A stretch of 64,000 nt of DNA, from IMG/VR virus record IMGVR_UViG_3300020156_000024; one strand, 5' to 3'. Position 1 is the stretch's first letter, and each line of letters begins with the position of its first letter. The notes beneath the pieces are model-generated. The model made no database searches, had not been told where the DNA came from, and was given only the letters and a program-made list of their open reading frames with translations. The position numbers and the translations under genes are program-made. Below are positions 9,717 through 18,258 of this stretch, in pieces. This stretch comes from a virus.

Positions 9717-9792
9717 TGCCGCACCCGGGATTCGAACCCGGACTGGACTGGTTTTTGAAGCCAGCGCGTCTGCCAAGTTGCGCCAGAGCGGC
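9717..9792 (-). tRNA. tRNA-Leu(CAA), 76 nt, short variable loop, CCA not encoded
   Basis: Cloverleaf: acceptor GCCGCTC/GTGCGGC, D-arm with TTGGCAGAC, anticodon loop TTCAAAA, T-arm CCGGG-TTCGAAT-CCCGG, discriminator A. Confidence 0.88.
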
Positions 9793-9815
9793 GGGTGGTT
9801 AAGCGGCGGTTACGT

Positions 9816-10055
9816 CTATTCCAGGCCGTCGACGATGGGGATGACGATCTGGTGGGAGACGTTGGTGCCGCTGTCGATGACCGGGTGACCGTCCGTGTCG
9901 AAGGCGGGGATCTCGGCGCGGATGCAGTCGTAGTGGAACTCGAGGCTCCGGATCACATTGGGGTCGATGCCGAGTGTCTGGATGAGGGCGCAGACGAGTT
10001 CGCGGCTGATGGCGGGTGGGATGCCGGTTGCGGTCACAGTGGGTTTCGCGATCAT
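9816..10055 (-). CDS. Small hypothetical phage protein
   Basis: ATGA overlap with upstream HTH gene; similar to ORF 20551..20808. Confidence 0.7.
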   Translation of the reverse strand: MIAKPTVTATGIPPAISRELVCALIQTLGIDPNVIRSLEFHYDCIRAEIPAFDTDGHPVIDSGTNVSHQIVIPIVDGLE

Positions 10056-10330
10056 GCGTGGACCAGTTCCTTGGCGCGGCCTCGGCCGGGGGTCTTCGGG
10101 TTGCGGCGGGTGGCGCGTTCGGCGTCGAGGAGATCGGACCAGCGGTAGCGGGCTGCCCTGCGGGGCCCGCCGTAGTCGACCGGTTCGAGTCTGCGGCGTT
10201 GCCCGTCGATGTCCTTGTACCCGCGGTGCGTCCACTTGTGGATCATCGCGCTGGTGACCCGACCGGGTGTGCGTGCAGTGAAGTACACGGCGGCGTCGGG
10301 GCCGGAAACGAGGGCGTCAGAGTCGACCAT
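10052..10330 (-). CDS. Small winged-HTH (MerR/Xis-like) DNA-binding protein
   Basis: MIHKWTHRG...ARYRWSDLLDAE pattern; first gene after predicted late promoter. Confidence 0.65.
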   Translation of the reverse strand: MVDSDALVSGPDAAVYFTARTPGRVTSAMIHKWTHRGYKDIDGQRRRLEPVDYGGPRRAARYRWSDLLDAERATRRNPKTPGRGRAKELVHA

Positions 10331-10361
10331 GGGACGGTCCCGTCCGGGGGTGGACGTGCGA

Positions 10362-10456
10362 AGAGCCCCACCGGCGAGGGTGAGGCTCTAAGGAGTATGT
10401 GGGCATAGATGTACTAGCTGAGGCCCAGTCTGACACATGAGATTCGGGGGCGTCAA
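10362..10456 (-). promoter_or_regulatory. Predicted late promoter (TTGACG-N18-CAGACT) followed by an untranslated hairpin
   Basis: -35 at 10451-10456, -10 at 10427-10432, hairpin at 10362-10389 upstream of the late operon. Confidence 0.55.
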
Positions 10457-10478
10457 CCGGAACCGTCAATGAGGTTGT

Positions 10479-10697
10479 CTAGATCTCCGACGATGGCGTG
10501 TGCCGCTGCCAGTTGAGGACGTCGCCAAGGCGTTCGAGTTCGTCGATTGCAAGGTCATCGACGGGGAGGCGACGCACGGTCTTGCCGCTGACGGTGATGA
10601 CCAGCTCGGTGTCGGTGAGAGCGGCGCGGGCGTGCGGGGAGTAGATGCCATACGACGCGAAGAACGGCGCGGGGTCGAACGGGTGAGGTAAAGGCAT
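10479..10697 (-). CDS. Hypothetical phage protein
   Basis: Last ORF of the early operon; GC-biased codon usage. Confidence 0.6.
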   Translation of the reverse strand: MPLPHPFDPAPFFASYGIYSPHARAALTDTELVITVSGKTVRRLPVDDLAIDELERLGDVLNWQRHTPSSEI

Positions 10698-10706
10698 TCG
10701 ACCAGG

Positions 10707-11030
10707 TTACCGAATCGTTCTCGTGTGGGCATCATCCGAACGGTCGTCGTGGGCGAAGGGGAAGACGCCTCGGGCCTTCAGGTTTTCCGCGAGCTGCTGC
10801 GATGTCTCCAGTGCTGCTGCGAGGCCTGGCGCGCGTTTCTCCACCTCTGCGTCCACGTGCCGCTGGTGGGCGGCCATCATCGCGTCTCTGGCCTCGGCGG
10901 TGCCGGTGTGCTTCCATCCTCGGCAGGAGCATTCCATCACCAGGAGGGGGCGGTCGCGGTGGTCGATGATCCACTGGTGCGCTGATCGGATCGCGGTGTC
11001 GGCGACTTCGGCGGGGCTCGGTTGGTTCAT
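10707..11030 (-). CDS. Hypothetical phage protein
   Basis: ATGA coupling with upstream gene. Confidence 0.65.
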   Translation of the reverse strand: MNQPSPAEVADTAIRSAHQWIIDHRDRPLLVMECSCRGWKHTGTAEARDAMMAAHQRHVDAEVEKRAPGLAAALETSQQLAENLKARGVFPFAHDDRSDDAHTRTIR

Positions 11031-11476
11031 GCGGCCCATTCCTCTCTGAAGTCCTTATGGTCGGCGTACACCGAGGCAAGGTCCCGGAGCTCTTCGCAGT
11101 CCTCCAGGTCGACGTTCGGGTGCCAGTTGTCGTCACGACCGAGGTAGACGCCGCATCCGGCGCAACCGCCTCCTTGGGAGGGCTCGTGCCGTTCCAGGAT
11201 GCGCCGCTTGGCGGCGACCTCACGGAGGACACGGATGGGCTGCTGGCGGGCGATGTGCTCTCCGTAGGAGTCCGTCATGTGGATCTCGCGGCCGTCGGCA
11301 GGGTCGTCACGGCGGGTTGCTACGTTCCACCTGCCGTGCGTGGCGCGAACGGCGAACCCCTGGCGGTCGTAGGCCCAGACTTCCCGATCGCCTCCGACGA
11401 ACCCCATGCTTGCGTTGCGGGCAATCTGCTCGTCCTCGTCGAGGCGGGCGGCGATGAAGTCGCGGAGGTCGGTCAC
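11027..11476 (-). CDS. DUF6221-family protein
   Basis: LRDFIAARLDED...HIAR..P.RVLREVAAKRRIL...LASVYADH.DF..EW. Confidence 0.8.
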   Translation of the reverse strand: MTDLRDFIAARLDEDEQIARNASMGFVGGDREVWAYDRQGFAVRATHGRWNVATRRDDPADGREIHMTDSYGEHIARQQPIRVLREVAAKRRILERHEPSQGGGCAGCGVYLGRDDNWHPNVDLEDCEELRDLASVYADHKDFREEWAA

Positions 11477-11967
11477 CGCTGCTCCCGGTTTGCGGTCGGA
11501 TCTGTTGGCGGCGGCATCCACGGGTCAGTCAGCACGCCACCGCGAGCGTCGATGAGGTCCTGCGCGAGGATCGCGATCCGGTCCCACTGCTCCGCGACGT
11601 AGGCGACGGGAGCTTCTTGACCCGGGCCACCGTAGGGGGCGAGGCCGATATCTCTCCATGCCCCATCGGTGAGGACGCCTGTGCTCTTGAGGTGGCGGAC
11701 GTAGGCGCGCGCAGCGGCCATGGTGACCGCCTTCGCCTGATCGAGGACCGTCTCGCGGCGGCCTTGGGGCCAGCCCGGCGGGAACGTGCCACTGCGGAAC
11801 GGCGGCAGCACACCGGTGTCGATCGAGGCAACGGTTCCGCCATGGTCGCTGAGGAACAGTGCGTCAGAGGCGGTCTGAACCACGGCCATGCCTCGGTTGA
11901 CGCTGTCGGTGTCGAACGGCTGGAACAGGTTGAACTGCACGTGCAGCCACGGGGACGGGGTACTCAT
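11473..11967 (-). CDS. Hypothetical phage protein
   Basis: 4-nt overlaps at both ends. Confidence 0.7.
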   Translation of the reverse strand: MSTPSPWLHVQFNLFQPFDTDSVNRGMAVVQTASDALFLSDHGGTVASIDTGVLPPFRSGTFPPGWPQGRRETVLDQAKAVTMAAARAYVRHLKSTGVLTDGAWRDIGLAPYGGPGQEAPVAYVAEQWDRIAILAQDLIDARGGVLTDPWMPPPTDPTANREQR

Positions 11968-12500
11968 GCTGCCTCTCCGATCGCGCTGGCGGTGACACCC
12001 TGCTGCCCTTGGTAGTGGGAGCCGAGCCCCGCAGTCCCGTACGGCCGTTCAGCGGGAGACGTGAGTTGGGTGAGCACGAGCTGGCAGATGCGGTCCCCGA
12101 CCGGCAACCACAACGGCGTGTGCCCGATGTTCTTCAACTCCAGGGTGATCTGGCCGGTGAAGCCGGGGTCGACGAGTCCGGCGTTCTCAATGATGAGACC
12201 CTCGCGGGCCCAGCTGGAGCGTCCGACAGCGTGGCCGACGAGGTGGTCGGGGATAGTGACGGTCTCGATCGTGGTGCCAAGCATGAACTGGCCCGGTTCG
12301 ATGGTGATGCCGTCGACCACGGTCGTCTTGTGCTGCTTCATGGGTCCGCTCCGGCCCCAGTCCTCGGTGCCGACCCAGATGATGAACTGGTCGCCGAGCC
12401 GCAGGTCGATGGACGCGGGCTGGACGTGCTCGTCGCGCCACGGCTCGACGATGCCGTGGTTCGCTTGCGCCTTGCGGAGATCACGGTCAGACAAGATCAC
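11964..12500 (-). CDS. dcd: dCTP deaminase
   Basis: ILSDRDL, QPASIDLRLG, GRSSWAREG, VDPGFTGQITLEL, RICQLV, YQGQ motifs. Confidence 0.93.
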   Translation of the reverse strand: MILSDRDLRKAQANHGIVEPWRDEHVQPASIDLRLGDQFIIWVGTEDWGRSGPMKQHKTTVVDGITIEPGQFMLGTTIETVTIPDHLVGHAVGRSSWAREGLIIENAGLVDPGFTGQITLELKNIGHTPLWLPVGDRICQLVLTQLTSPAERPYGTAGLGSHYQGQQGVTASAIGEAA

Positions 12501-12557
12501 GGCTGCTCCAGGTACTGGGAATCGCGGGCTTTATGATTACGAAGAGTCATACGGACA

Positions 12558-12788
12558 TCACTTGCCCTCCGCAGAATCGATGCGGAATCCCGCCGCGGCC
12601 TCGATCACGTCGTGCTGTGCAGGCGTCAGATCCTTTGTCCGCCAGACGTACTCGGTTGCGAACCGGATCGTGTCCCCGTTCCATGACACGGCGGCGTTGT
12701 CGACGAGGTTCTCCGTGGAGATCCCGAAGCCCTCTAGCAGGGCTTTCGTCTTGGCCCGCTGCGCTTCGATGTGGTCATGTCCAAGCAT
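12558..12788 (-). CDS. Small hypothetical phage protein
   Basis: RBS GAGAGG; operon context. Confidence 0.6.
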   Translation of the reverse strand: MLGHDHIEAQRAKTKALLEGFGISTENLVDNAAVSWNGDTIRFATEYVWRTKDLTPAQHDVIEAAAGFRIDSAEGK

Positions 12789-12799
12789 GGTTCATCCTC

Positions 12800-13072
12800 T
12801 CACTGCTCGGCGGTGTTGGGCTTGACACGCAACGCCTTCGCGCGCGCCTCCAGCTCCCGGGCGTCCACCGTGGCAGGCACACCCCGCAAGGCAGGGCGCC
12901 GGCGAAGCTCCGCCGCGAGCTCCTCGATCGCGTCGGCCTTGATCGAGTTCGCCACCGTCGCCACGCCCTGCCAGAACGCGGTCATGGTGTCGGCCGAGAC
13001 TCTGGCGGTCACGTTCTCCGAGTTGACGGGGAGCTCGTTCAGGCCGGTGGTGTACAGGATTTCGGCGCTCAC
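12800..13072 (-). CDS. Hypothetical phage protein
   Basis: GTGA coupling with upstream ORF. Confidence 0.65.
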   Translation of the reverse strand: MSAEILYTTGLNELPVNSENVTARVSADTMTAFWQGVATVANSIKADAIEELAAELRRRPALRGVPATVDARELEARAKALRVKPNTAEQ

Positions 13073-13362
13073 TGGGAGCCTCCTTCGATGGGTTCGTGCT
13101 GGTCAGGGGAATCGATGGGTTCGGACTTGACGGGCGCGGGCCAGATCAGGCCGACTCCGGGCCCGCAGATCTCGCAGAAGGTGCCGTACGGGTTCCAATG
13201 GGTGCGGTGGGTCCAGCGCGGGTTGCACTGGCGTCGGTGGAGTTCCCACTTCCTGCCGCAGGTGTCGCATGCCCATTGCGAGTTGTGGCCGTGGTGGCGG
13301 GTGGTTCGTGGTTTGCGGCAGCGGTGCGGCTTCTCGCGGGTCGTGGTCTTGGTCCAGCCCAT
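13069..13362 (-). CDS. Cys/His-rich small protein
   Basis: HRC, CDTC and CEIC motifs; operon context. Confidence 0.55.
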   Translation of the reverse strand: MGWTKTTTREKPHRCRKPRTTRHHGHNSQWACDTCGRKWELHRRQCNPRWTHRTHWNPYGTFCEICGPGVGLIWPAPVKSEPIDSPDQHEPIEGGSQ

Positions 13363-13364
13363 GG

Positions 13365-13745
13365 TCAGTCCCCCTCCCCCTCGCTCGTGTTGGCTGTAAC
13401 GAGGTCTTCGGCGGTGGCCTCGTCAGCGACTTCGAGCGCCCGAAGGTAGGCGCTGAGGTTGGCGCGGGGCAGTCGGCCGGGGCCGCCAGGCCCTTCCATG
13501 ATGCGGATGGCCTCGTCGTTCCAGCCGTACCAGACCCCGGTGCCGTCGGAGTCGATGAGGCAGGAGGAGCCGTTCTGGTCGGCGCGGGCAAGGCGCTCAT
13601 CCGGCTTGCCGTTGATGCCGTCCTGGTGGAGGAGGTGTTGGCGGGTTTCGCCGCGGGGGCCGATGAAGACGATGGCGTCGACGATCGTCGAGTAGATGGC
13701 GTAAAGGTCCTCGTCGGGTGAGGCCTTCAGCACGTAGCTGGGCAT
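13365..13745 (-). CDS. Hypothetical phage protein
   Basis: GAGGAG RBS before ATG 13745 (MPSYVLKASPDEDLYAIYSTIVD). Confidence 0.7.
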   Translation of the reverse strand: MPSYVLKASPDEDLYAIYSTIVDAIVFIGPRGETRQHLLHQDGINGKPDERLARADQNGSSCLIDSDGTGVWYGWNDEAIRIMEGPGGPGRLPRANLSAYLRALEVADEATAEDLVTANTSEGEGD

Positions 13746-13756
13746 GTCGGTGCTCC

Positions 13757-14476
13757 TCAGTGCTTGGTGAGGGCGGCATTGAGGCCGACCCAGCGGTGGT
13801 ATTCGTCGAGGTCCATGCGGACCTTGCAGTCGTTGGCCGTGCAGTGGACCTCTCCCTTGTGGCGGGCGAGGGAGTAGCGGTCGCATTCGCGGCAGGCGAC
13901 GCCGTCGATGGGTTCGGGTTTGTCGCTCCCGGGGTCGTTGAGGCGGTCGAGGCGGTGGGCGAGAGCGGAGAGGTAGCCGGCGTGGTCGCCGATGGTCGCT
14001 TCGAGGGTGTTGCAGGCCCAGTCGACGCGGTGCTCGATCCATGCGGCGAGCTTGGCGACGGTGGGGGCGGGGAGCTGCTCGCGGGGGTGGGACTCGCGCC
14101 AGGCGGGGAGCCAGTCGTTCGCGATGTGCCAGAGGATGCGGGCCGCCGGGAGGACGCCGTCTTGGTCGGCGCCGGCGGGGAGGACACGCATGGTGGTGGC
14201 GGGCCCGGTGGTGATCTGGTCGAGGACGGCGATGCTCACACCGAGGGGAATCGAGACGGAACCGGAGACGTGTTCTTGGTGGCTGCTGGAGGGGGTCGCG
14301 TCGAGGTCCTGGAAGGAGCGGGGGATGCGGTTGAGGATGCCGTGGAGTTGGGGTCGGCATTCCTCGCAGGCGTGCTTCCAGTCGTAGTAGTTCGGGGCGG
14401 GCCTTCCGTCGACGCCGTCGCGGCCGAGGCCAGGGCAGGTGAGGCAGACGCGTTCGGTGCGGGTGGTGTGTTCCAT
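13757..14476 (-). CDS. Zinc-binding protein, candidate late-gene regulator
   Basis: CxxC pairs at both ends (CLTC, CEEC, CREC, C-x4-C); GGAGGA RBS; resembles actinophage genes near the end of early regions. Confidence 0.55.
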   Translation of the reverse strand: MEHTTRTERVCLTCPGLGRDGVDGRPAPNYYDWKHACEECRPQLHGILNRIPRSFQDLDATPSSSHQEHVSGSVSIPLGVSIAVLDQITTGPATTMRVLPAGADQDGVLPAARILWHIANDWLPAWRESHPREQLPAPTVAKLAAWIEHRVDWACNTLEATIGDHAGYLSALAHRLDRLNDPGSDKPEPIDGVACRECDRYSLARHKGEVHCTANDCKVRMDLDEYHRWVGLNAALTKH

Positions 14477-14533
14477 GGTTTCCTCCTCCAGTGGTGTGAG
14501 GGGTGGATGTTCGGTCGTGAGGGGTTGAGGGGT

Positions 14534-14656
14534 CTACATGAGGGTGTCGGCCCAGTTGATAGCGATGACCCAGAGCCAGAAGGCGAGCACGGCCAAGACG
14601 ATGAACGCGAGGGTGATGGCGGTGATGGTGAGGGTTTCGCGGAGTCGCTTTTTCAC
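14534..14656 (-). CDS. Small single-TM membrane peptide (40 aa)
   Basis: MKKRLRETLTITAITLAFIVLAVLAFWLWVIAINWADTLM; GTGA overlap and GAAGGGA RBS; below ORF-track cutoff. Confidence 0.7.
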   Translation of the reverse strand: MKKRLRETLTITAITLAFIVLAVLAFWLWVIAINWADTLM

Positions 14657-15198
14657 TGCGGGTTCCCTTCGGTGGGTTCGAGGTTGTAGGAGCCGTCATC
14701 GTTCGCGGTCGTGACGACGCTGTGGGTGGTGTGCCCGTCGGGGTCGGTGATGGTGACGTGGTCGCCGACGAGTAGGGCCGGGTGGCGGGTGGTGAACTCC
14801 ATGTCGGTGATGAACGGTGTGAGGTCGACGCCGGCGGCGAGTTCGATGGGCTCGCTGGGGCGGGGGCTCGGAAAGAACTCCACGCGAGGCGAGGAGCCGC
14901 GCGGCACGCCGAGCTCGTCGTGGTAGGTGGTGCTGGCGCTCGACCAGTTCAGTTCGGGGCGAGCTTCGCTCGACTCCTGGAACCAGTGGTTGACGTGCTC
15001 GTTGATGGTGCGGCCGTCGGGTGTGCCGGTGTCGTAGTGGCTCTCGTAGCCCGAGGCGGTGGGACCGGCGAAGAACCGGTTCTGGCAGGGCAGGGAGCAA
15101 TAATCGAGGCTCGGACCGTTCGTGGGGATCGCCCGGCCGCAGATGCACTTCGTCAGCTCGGTGTCGATGCGGTGCAGGACCGCGTCAGGATCAGTCAC
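14653..15198 (-). CDS. Hypothetical phage protein
   Basis: CIC...YCS..C N-terminus; coupled at both ends. Confidence 0.65.
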   Translation of the reverse strand: MTDPDAVLHRIDTELTKCICGRAIPTNGPSLDYCSLPCQNRFFAGPTASGYESHYDTGTPDGRTINEHVNHWFQESSEARPELNWSSASTTYHDELGVPRGSSPRVEFFPSPRPSEPIELAAGVDLTPFITDMEFTTRHPALLVGDHVTITDPDGHTTHSVVTTANDDGSYNLEPTEGNPQ

Positions 15199-15569
15199 CG
15201 GGACACCTGCACGATCAGGTGCGGGTTCCCTTGGAACGCATCGAGGAGTTTCTTCAGGGCTTCAACGAGTGAGTCGTAGTCGCCCCAGCCGTTCGTGGGG
15301 TTAAGGGCCCGGTAGGTGTCGGGTTCGGATTCCATCGCTGTGATGGCGGCGGCGAGGGGCATGGCGCATTCGCCAGCGGGTTTGCCGTCGAACTCGGCGA
15401 GGTCGGCTCCGGCTTTGCGCCACATGCGGGCGCAGTTGGAGGTGTAGTTCCAGTCGAGGGGGCTGCCGGACCAGCCGCTGTCCTCGCTTGCGGGTTCCTT
15501 TCCGGTGCCGCCGCAGTGCCCGCAGGGGCCGTCCGGGGCCGGGTTCTTCAGCCAGAGGTCGTAGCTCAT
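15195..15569 (-). CDS. Conserved hypothetical actinophage protein
   Basis: MSYDLWL...WNYTSN...LNPTNGWGDYD pattern. Confidence 0.75.
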   Translation of the reverse strand: MSYDLWLKNPAPDGPCGHCGGTGKEPASEDSGWSGSPLDWNYTSNCARMWRKAGADLAEFDGKPAGECAMPLAAAITAMESEPDTYRALNPTNGWGDYDSLVEALKKLLDAFQGNPHLIVQVSR

Positions 15570-15617
15570 GTCATGCCTTTCGGTGTGGCGGCGCGGGTGC
15601 CGTACCCGCGCCGCAGG

Positions 15618-15716
15618 TCAGAGGACGAAGAGGTCGATGGCCACCATGACGAGGACGCCGATAGCCATGACGCCCTGGATGAACATCAGGACGGTGAGGT
15701 AGGTGCCGATCTTCAT
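15618..15716 (-). CDS. Small hydrophobic peptide (32 aa)
   Basis: MKIGTYLTVLMFIQGVMAIGVLVMVAIDLFVL; ATGA overlap, GGAAGG RBS. Confidence 0.6.
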   Translation of the reverse strand: MKIGTYLTVLMFIQGVMAIGVLVMVAIDLFVL

Positions 15717-15955
15717 GTCGTGGCCTTCCTGTTCGGGAGCCGGTCGCCGCCGCCGGGTGGCGGTGCCGGGTCAGGGTCGGTGTCGTCGATCCACCTCGCT
15801 ACGGGATCGCAGTGGGTGCAGCCGGTGACACCGCATTCGCGGAGGTCGGGTTCGTTCCGCGTGACCACAGGGAGCGGCCACACGTCCGGGTCGACCAGGA
15901 CGCCGCAGGTGCAGTCGGGTCCGCACTCGGGTTGCGGTTCAGGACGCCACGTCAC
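15713..15955 (-). CDS. Cys-rich small protein
   Basis: CGPDCTCG and CGVTGCTHC motifs. Confidence 0.5.
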   Translation of the reverse strand: MTWRPEPQPECGPDCTCGVLVDPDVWPLPVVTRNEPDLRECGVTGCTHCDPVARWIDDTDPDPAPPPGGGDRLPNRKATT

Positions 15956-16112
15956 GAGACACCCCCGACCAGCTCGGAGCATCGAATCTGTCGGTGCAGG
16001 GTTCGCAGCGGCATTCCCCGTCGTGTCCAGCCGGGAGCGTGCACCAGCAGTCGCCCCACGTGCCGTCCTGCGGCGGCTCGGCGAGACACCGCGCCTCGGT
16101 CTGCTCAGGCAT
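15939..16112 (-). CDS. Cys-rich small protein
   Basis: RC...CWCTLPAGHDGECRCEPC. Confidence 0.55.
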   Translation of the reverse strand: MPEQTEARCLAEPPQDGTWGDCWCTLPAGHDGECRCEPCTDRFDAPSWSGVSRDVAS

Positions 16113-16497
16113 TGGTCTGCCCCCGATCGGACAGCGGTTCCCACCAGGCATTCAGCGTCGCCCAGCACGTTGTGAGCCAGGCGCGGACCGCGGGCTCGTC
16201 CTCGTCGGTGACGGCGATGTGGACGGAGCAGGCGATGGCCTTGCGCGGCAGGATGAAGAACAGCGCCAGGTAGTCGTCCTCGTCGTCGGGTTCGGTGTCG
16301 TCGGCGGGGCGGCGGGGCGAGACCCAGTCCCACCGGTACAGGAGGTTCTGGTCGCGGTCGCCGTGGTGGAAGAACGTCTGCTCGGCGAACTCAGCCCACG
16401 AGGCGTATTCCTCGTGGCAGGGGTCTTGGCGGGAGTAGTAGTTCCCGGTCGAGGCGTAGTAGGGGTGGTCGACCTCCCACAGATGCGGTGTGCTCAT
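16105..16497 (-). CDS. Conserved hypothetical actinophage protein
   Basis: HLWEVDHPYY...NLLYRWDW...WWEP; ATGA coupling. Confidence 0.75.
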   Translation of the reverse strand: MSTPHLWEVDHPYYASTGNYYSRQDPCHEEYASWAEFAEQTFFHHGDRDQNLLYRWDWVSPRRPADDTEPDDEDDYLALFFILPRKAIACSVHIAVTDEDEPAVRAWLTTCWATLNAWWEPLSDRGQTNA

Positions 16498-17051
16498 GCC
16501 TGCCCCTCCCCGGACTGGTCGAGAGCGGGGTGGGTCATCTGCTCCCACTGATTGGCCTGGGCTTTGATGCCCATGAGGTCGTTGACCAGGCGGCGCGCGG
16601 TCAACATTCCCGCCGCTTGTTCTGGCGTGGTCGGCTCGTTGACGAACGACACGATCACGTCGAGCTTGGCGGCCATGGCGGTGTTCTCGGCGCGGAGCCG
16701 GGAGGCCTCATCAGCCTGGATCATCTTGTTGGAGTCACCGACATGATGCTGAGCTGCGAGGTCGTCACGTTCGGCCTTCACCTCGGCCAGCTCCCGGCGG
16801 AGGCGGATGTTCCATCGCAGCAGCGACAGGATGCGCGGGCCCGGGTCGCGGGCGGTGTCGTCCTCGCGGGTCGGGAAGATGTCCTCGGGCCACTTCTCGT
16901 CCATCAGCTCCATGAGGCCGTTCCAGGTGCGGAGGTGGTCGAGCGTGGTAAGGAGCGCGCCAACTCTGCGGTCTCGGGTCTTGTTGTGCCAGTCGCGGAT
17001 GTCCTCGAGTTGCTCGTCGGTGAGCGGCTGGGTGGGTTCGGGGGCGGTCAT
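16494..17051 (-). CDS. Coiled-coil hypothetical protein (Ead/Ea22-like position)
   Basis: LTDEQLEDIR N-terminus, heptad-rich middle. Confidence 0.65.
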   Translation of the reverse strand: MTAPEPTQPLTDEQLEDIRDWHNKTRDRRVGALLTTLDHLRTWNGLMELMDEKWPEDIFPTREDDTARDPGPRILSLLRWNIRLRRELAEVKAERDDLAAQHHVGDSNKMIQADEASRLRAENTAMAAKLDVIVSFVNEPTTPEQAAGMLTARRLVNDLMGIKAQANQWEQMTHPALDQSGEGQA

Positions 17052-17067
17052 CGGCTCGCCTTTCGGT

Positions 17068-17370
17068 TCAGTAGCCACGGCGGCCACGCTGGAGACCGGC
17101 AGAGAAGCCGATCGCGAAGTTGTCGACGGTGGAGCCGTTGGAGGCGGGCTGCACGTTCATCACGATGCCGCCGCGCGACTCAGGAAGGACCGCCTTCGCG
17201 TCGGTGGCTGCGGCGACCAGTTCACGGGCGAGAGTGGCGTGGTCGAGCAGGGCGGCTTCGTGGCCGCCGTCCTCGGGGTCGTGGTCCTCGCCGTCCAGCT
17301 CGCGCCAGAGGATCTCGGCAACGGCGCGTTCGGCGGCCGTCAGTTCGGTGGGTTCGGGGTTACTCGGCAT
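17068..17370 (-). CDS. Hypothetical phage protein
   Basis: Operon context, RBS. Confidence 0.6.
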   Translation of the reverse strand: MPSNPEPTELTAAERAVAEILWRELDGEDHDPEDGGHEAALLDHATLARELVAAATDAKAVLPESRGGIVMNVQPASNGSTVDNFAIGFSAGLQRGRRGY

Positions 17371-17875
17371 GGCCGGACTCCAGGATCTTGTTGAGGCGGT
17401 AGGAGAGCGCCCACTCCATGAGCGGCGTCGTCCCCTCGTGCAAGTGGCGGATGATCTGCTCGTCCTGGCCTCGCTGCCGTCGCAGGCTGACCAGCTCGAA
17501 GCACTCGAAGTGGAAGGACCGCCGCTGCACCCTGAACCACTTCCCGGCGGGCTCGTCCCAGCCGTTGGAGACGGGCGCATACCCCCACGAGTAGCGGCGC
17601 CCGCATTCGGTGCAGCGCTCGAACAAGCTCCGCTTGAGCTTCTGGAGCGGCCACACCTGAATGCGCCAGTGCCAGAAGTGCGCCTTCCAGCGGTCGTTGT
17701 GCGACCGGTCGGGGTTACGGCCGCACACAGTCAGGGCGTCTTTGCCGCCGGGCTCGACGTGCCAGACGTCGATCAGGCCGGGCCATGCGAGGCGGCGGCG
17801 GCCAGTGCGGTGGTGCTTTGCCAACCTCGGCCAGGGCCTGGGGATCGTGAACGCGAGGACGTCGGGGTCATGCAC
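17360..17875 (-). CDS. Conserved hypothetical actinophage protein
   Basis: MHDPDVLAF...VWHVEPGGKDALTVC...HWRIQVWP...RCTECGR. Confidence 0.75.
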   Translation of the reverse strand: MHDPDVLAFTIPRPWPRLAKHHRTGRRRLAWPGLIDVWHVEPGGKDALTVCGRNPDRSHNDRWKAHFWHWRIQVWPLQKLKRSLFERCTECGRRYSWGYAPVSNGWDEPAGKWFRVQRRSFHFECFELVSLRRQRGQDEQIIRHLHEGTTPLMEWALSYRLNKILESGHAE

Positions 17876-18053
17876 GGCGGTGCTCCCCTTCCCCGTAGAA
17901 CTCCAGCGCCTCGGCGTCGGCCGGGCGGTCGGAGCATCGCTGCCAGGTCTGCCCGTAGTCGCCGTGCTTGACCCGGCCCTCTTCGCGGACGAGCATGTAT
18001 CCGCAGTTCAGGCACGTGTCCACGTACTCGGACTTGCGCTTACGCGTTGCCAT
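17868..18053 (-). CDS. Small Zn-ribbon protein
   Basis: CLNCG...HG...C. Confidence 0.55.
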   Translation of the reverse strand: MATRKRKSEYVDTCLNCGYMLVREEGRVKHGDYGQTWQRCSDRPADAEALEFYGEGEHRRA

Positions 18054-18258
18054 CGGTGTCCTCCTGTGTGGTGGTTCGGGTATCGGTGGGACGGGCAGGG
18101 ACGTGCGGCGCCCACTTGCAGCGCGAGCAGCGGAGGGCGCCGTTGTTCAACGGCTGCCAGGAGTGTTCGTGCGCGAGGCAGTCCGGATTCTGGGTGGCCT
18201 GGTAGCCGGCCTCGATCAGGTCCTCGAGAACGTCGTTCGAGTCGTGGATGGTGTTCAT
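18040..18258 (-). CDS. Small Zn-ribbon protein
   Basis: C..H.HSW...CSRC. Confidence 0.6.
   Translation of the reverse strand: MNTIHDSNDVLEDLIEAGYQATQNPDCLAHEHSWQPLNNGALRCSRCKWAPHVPARPTDTRTTTQEDTDGNA

Noticed and set aside
11964-12500. dCTP deaminase as an antiphage dCTP-depletion system
   Set aside because: Trimeric Dcd/dUTPase-fold housekeeping type in a lytic early operon, not the kinase-fused or CDA-fold defence type
12501-12560. AT-rich patch with a 17-codon ORF (MTLRNHKARDSQYLEQP) coupled to dcd
   Set aside because: Too short with no supporting motif; may be a gene remnant
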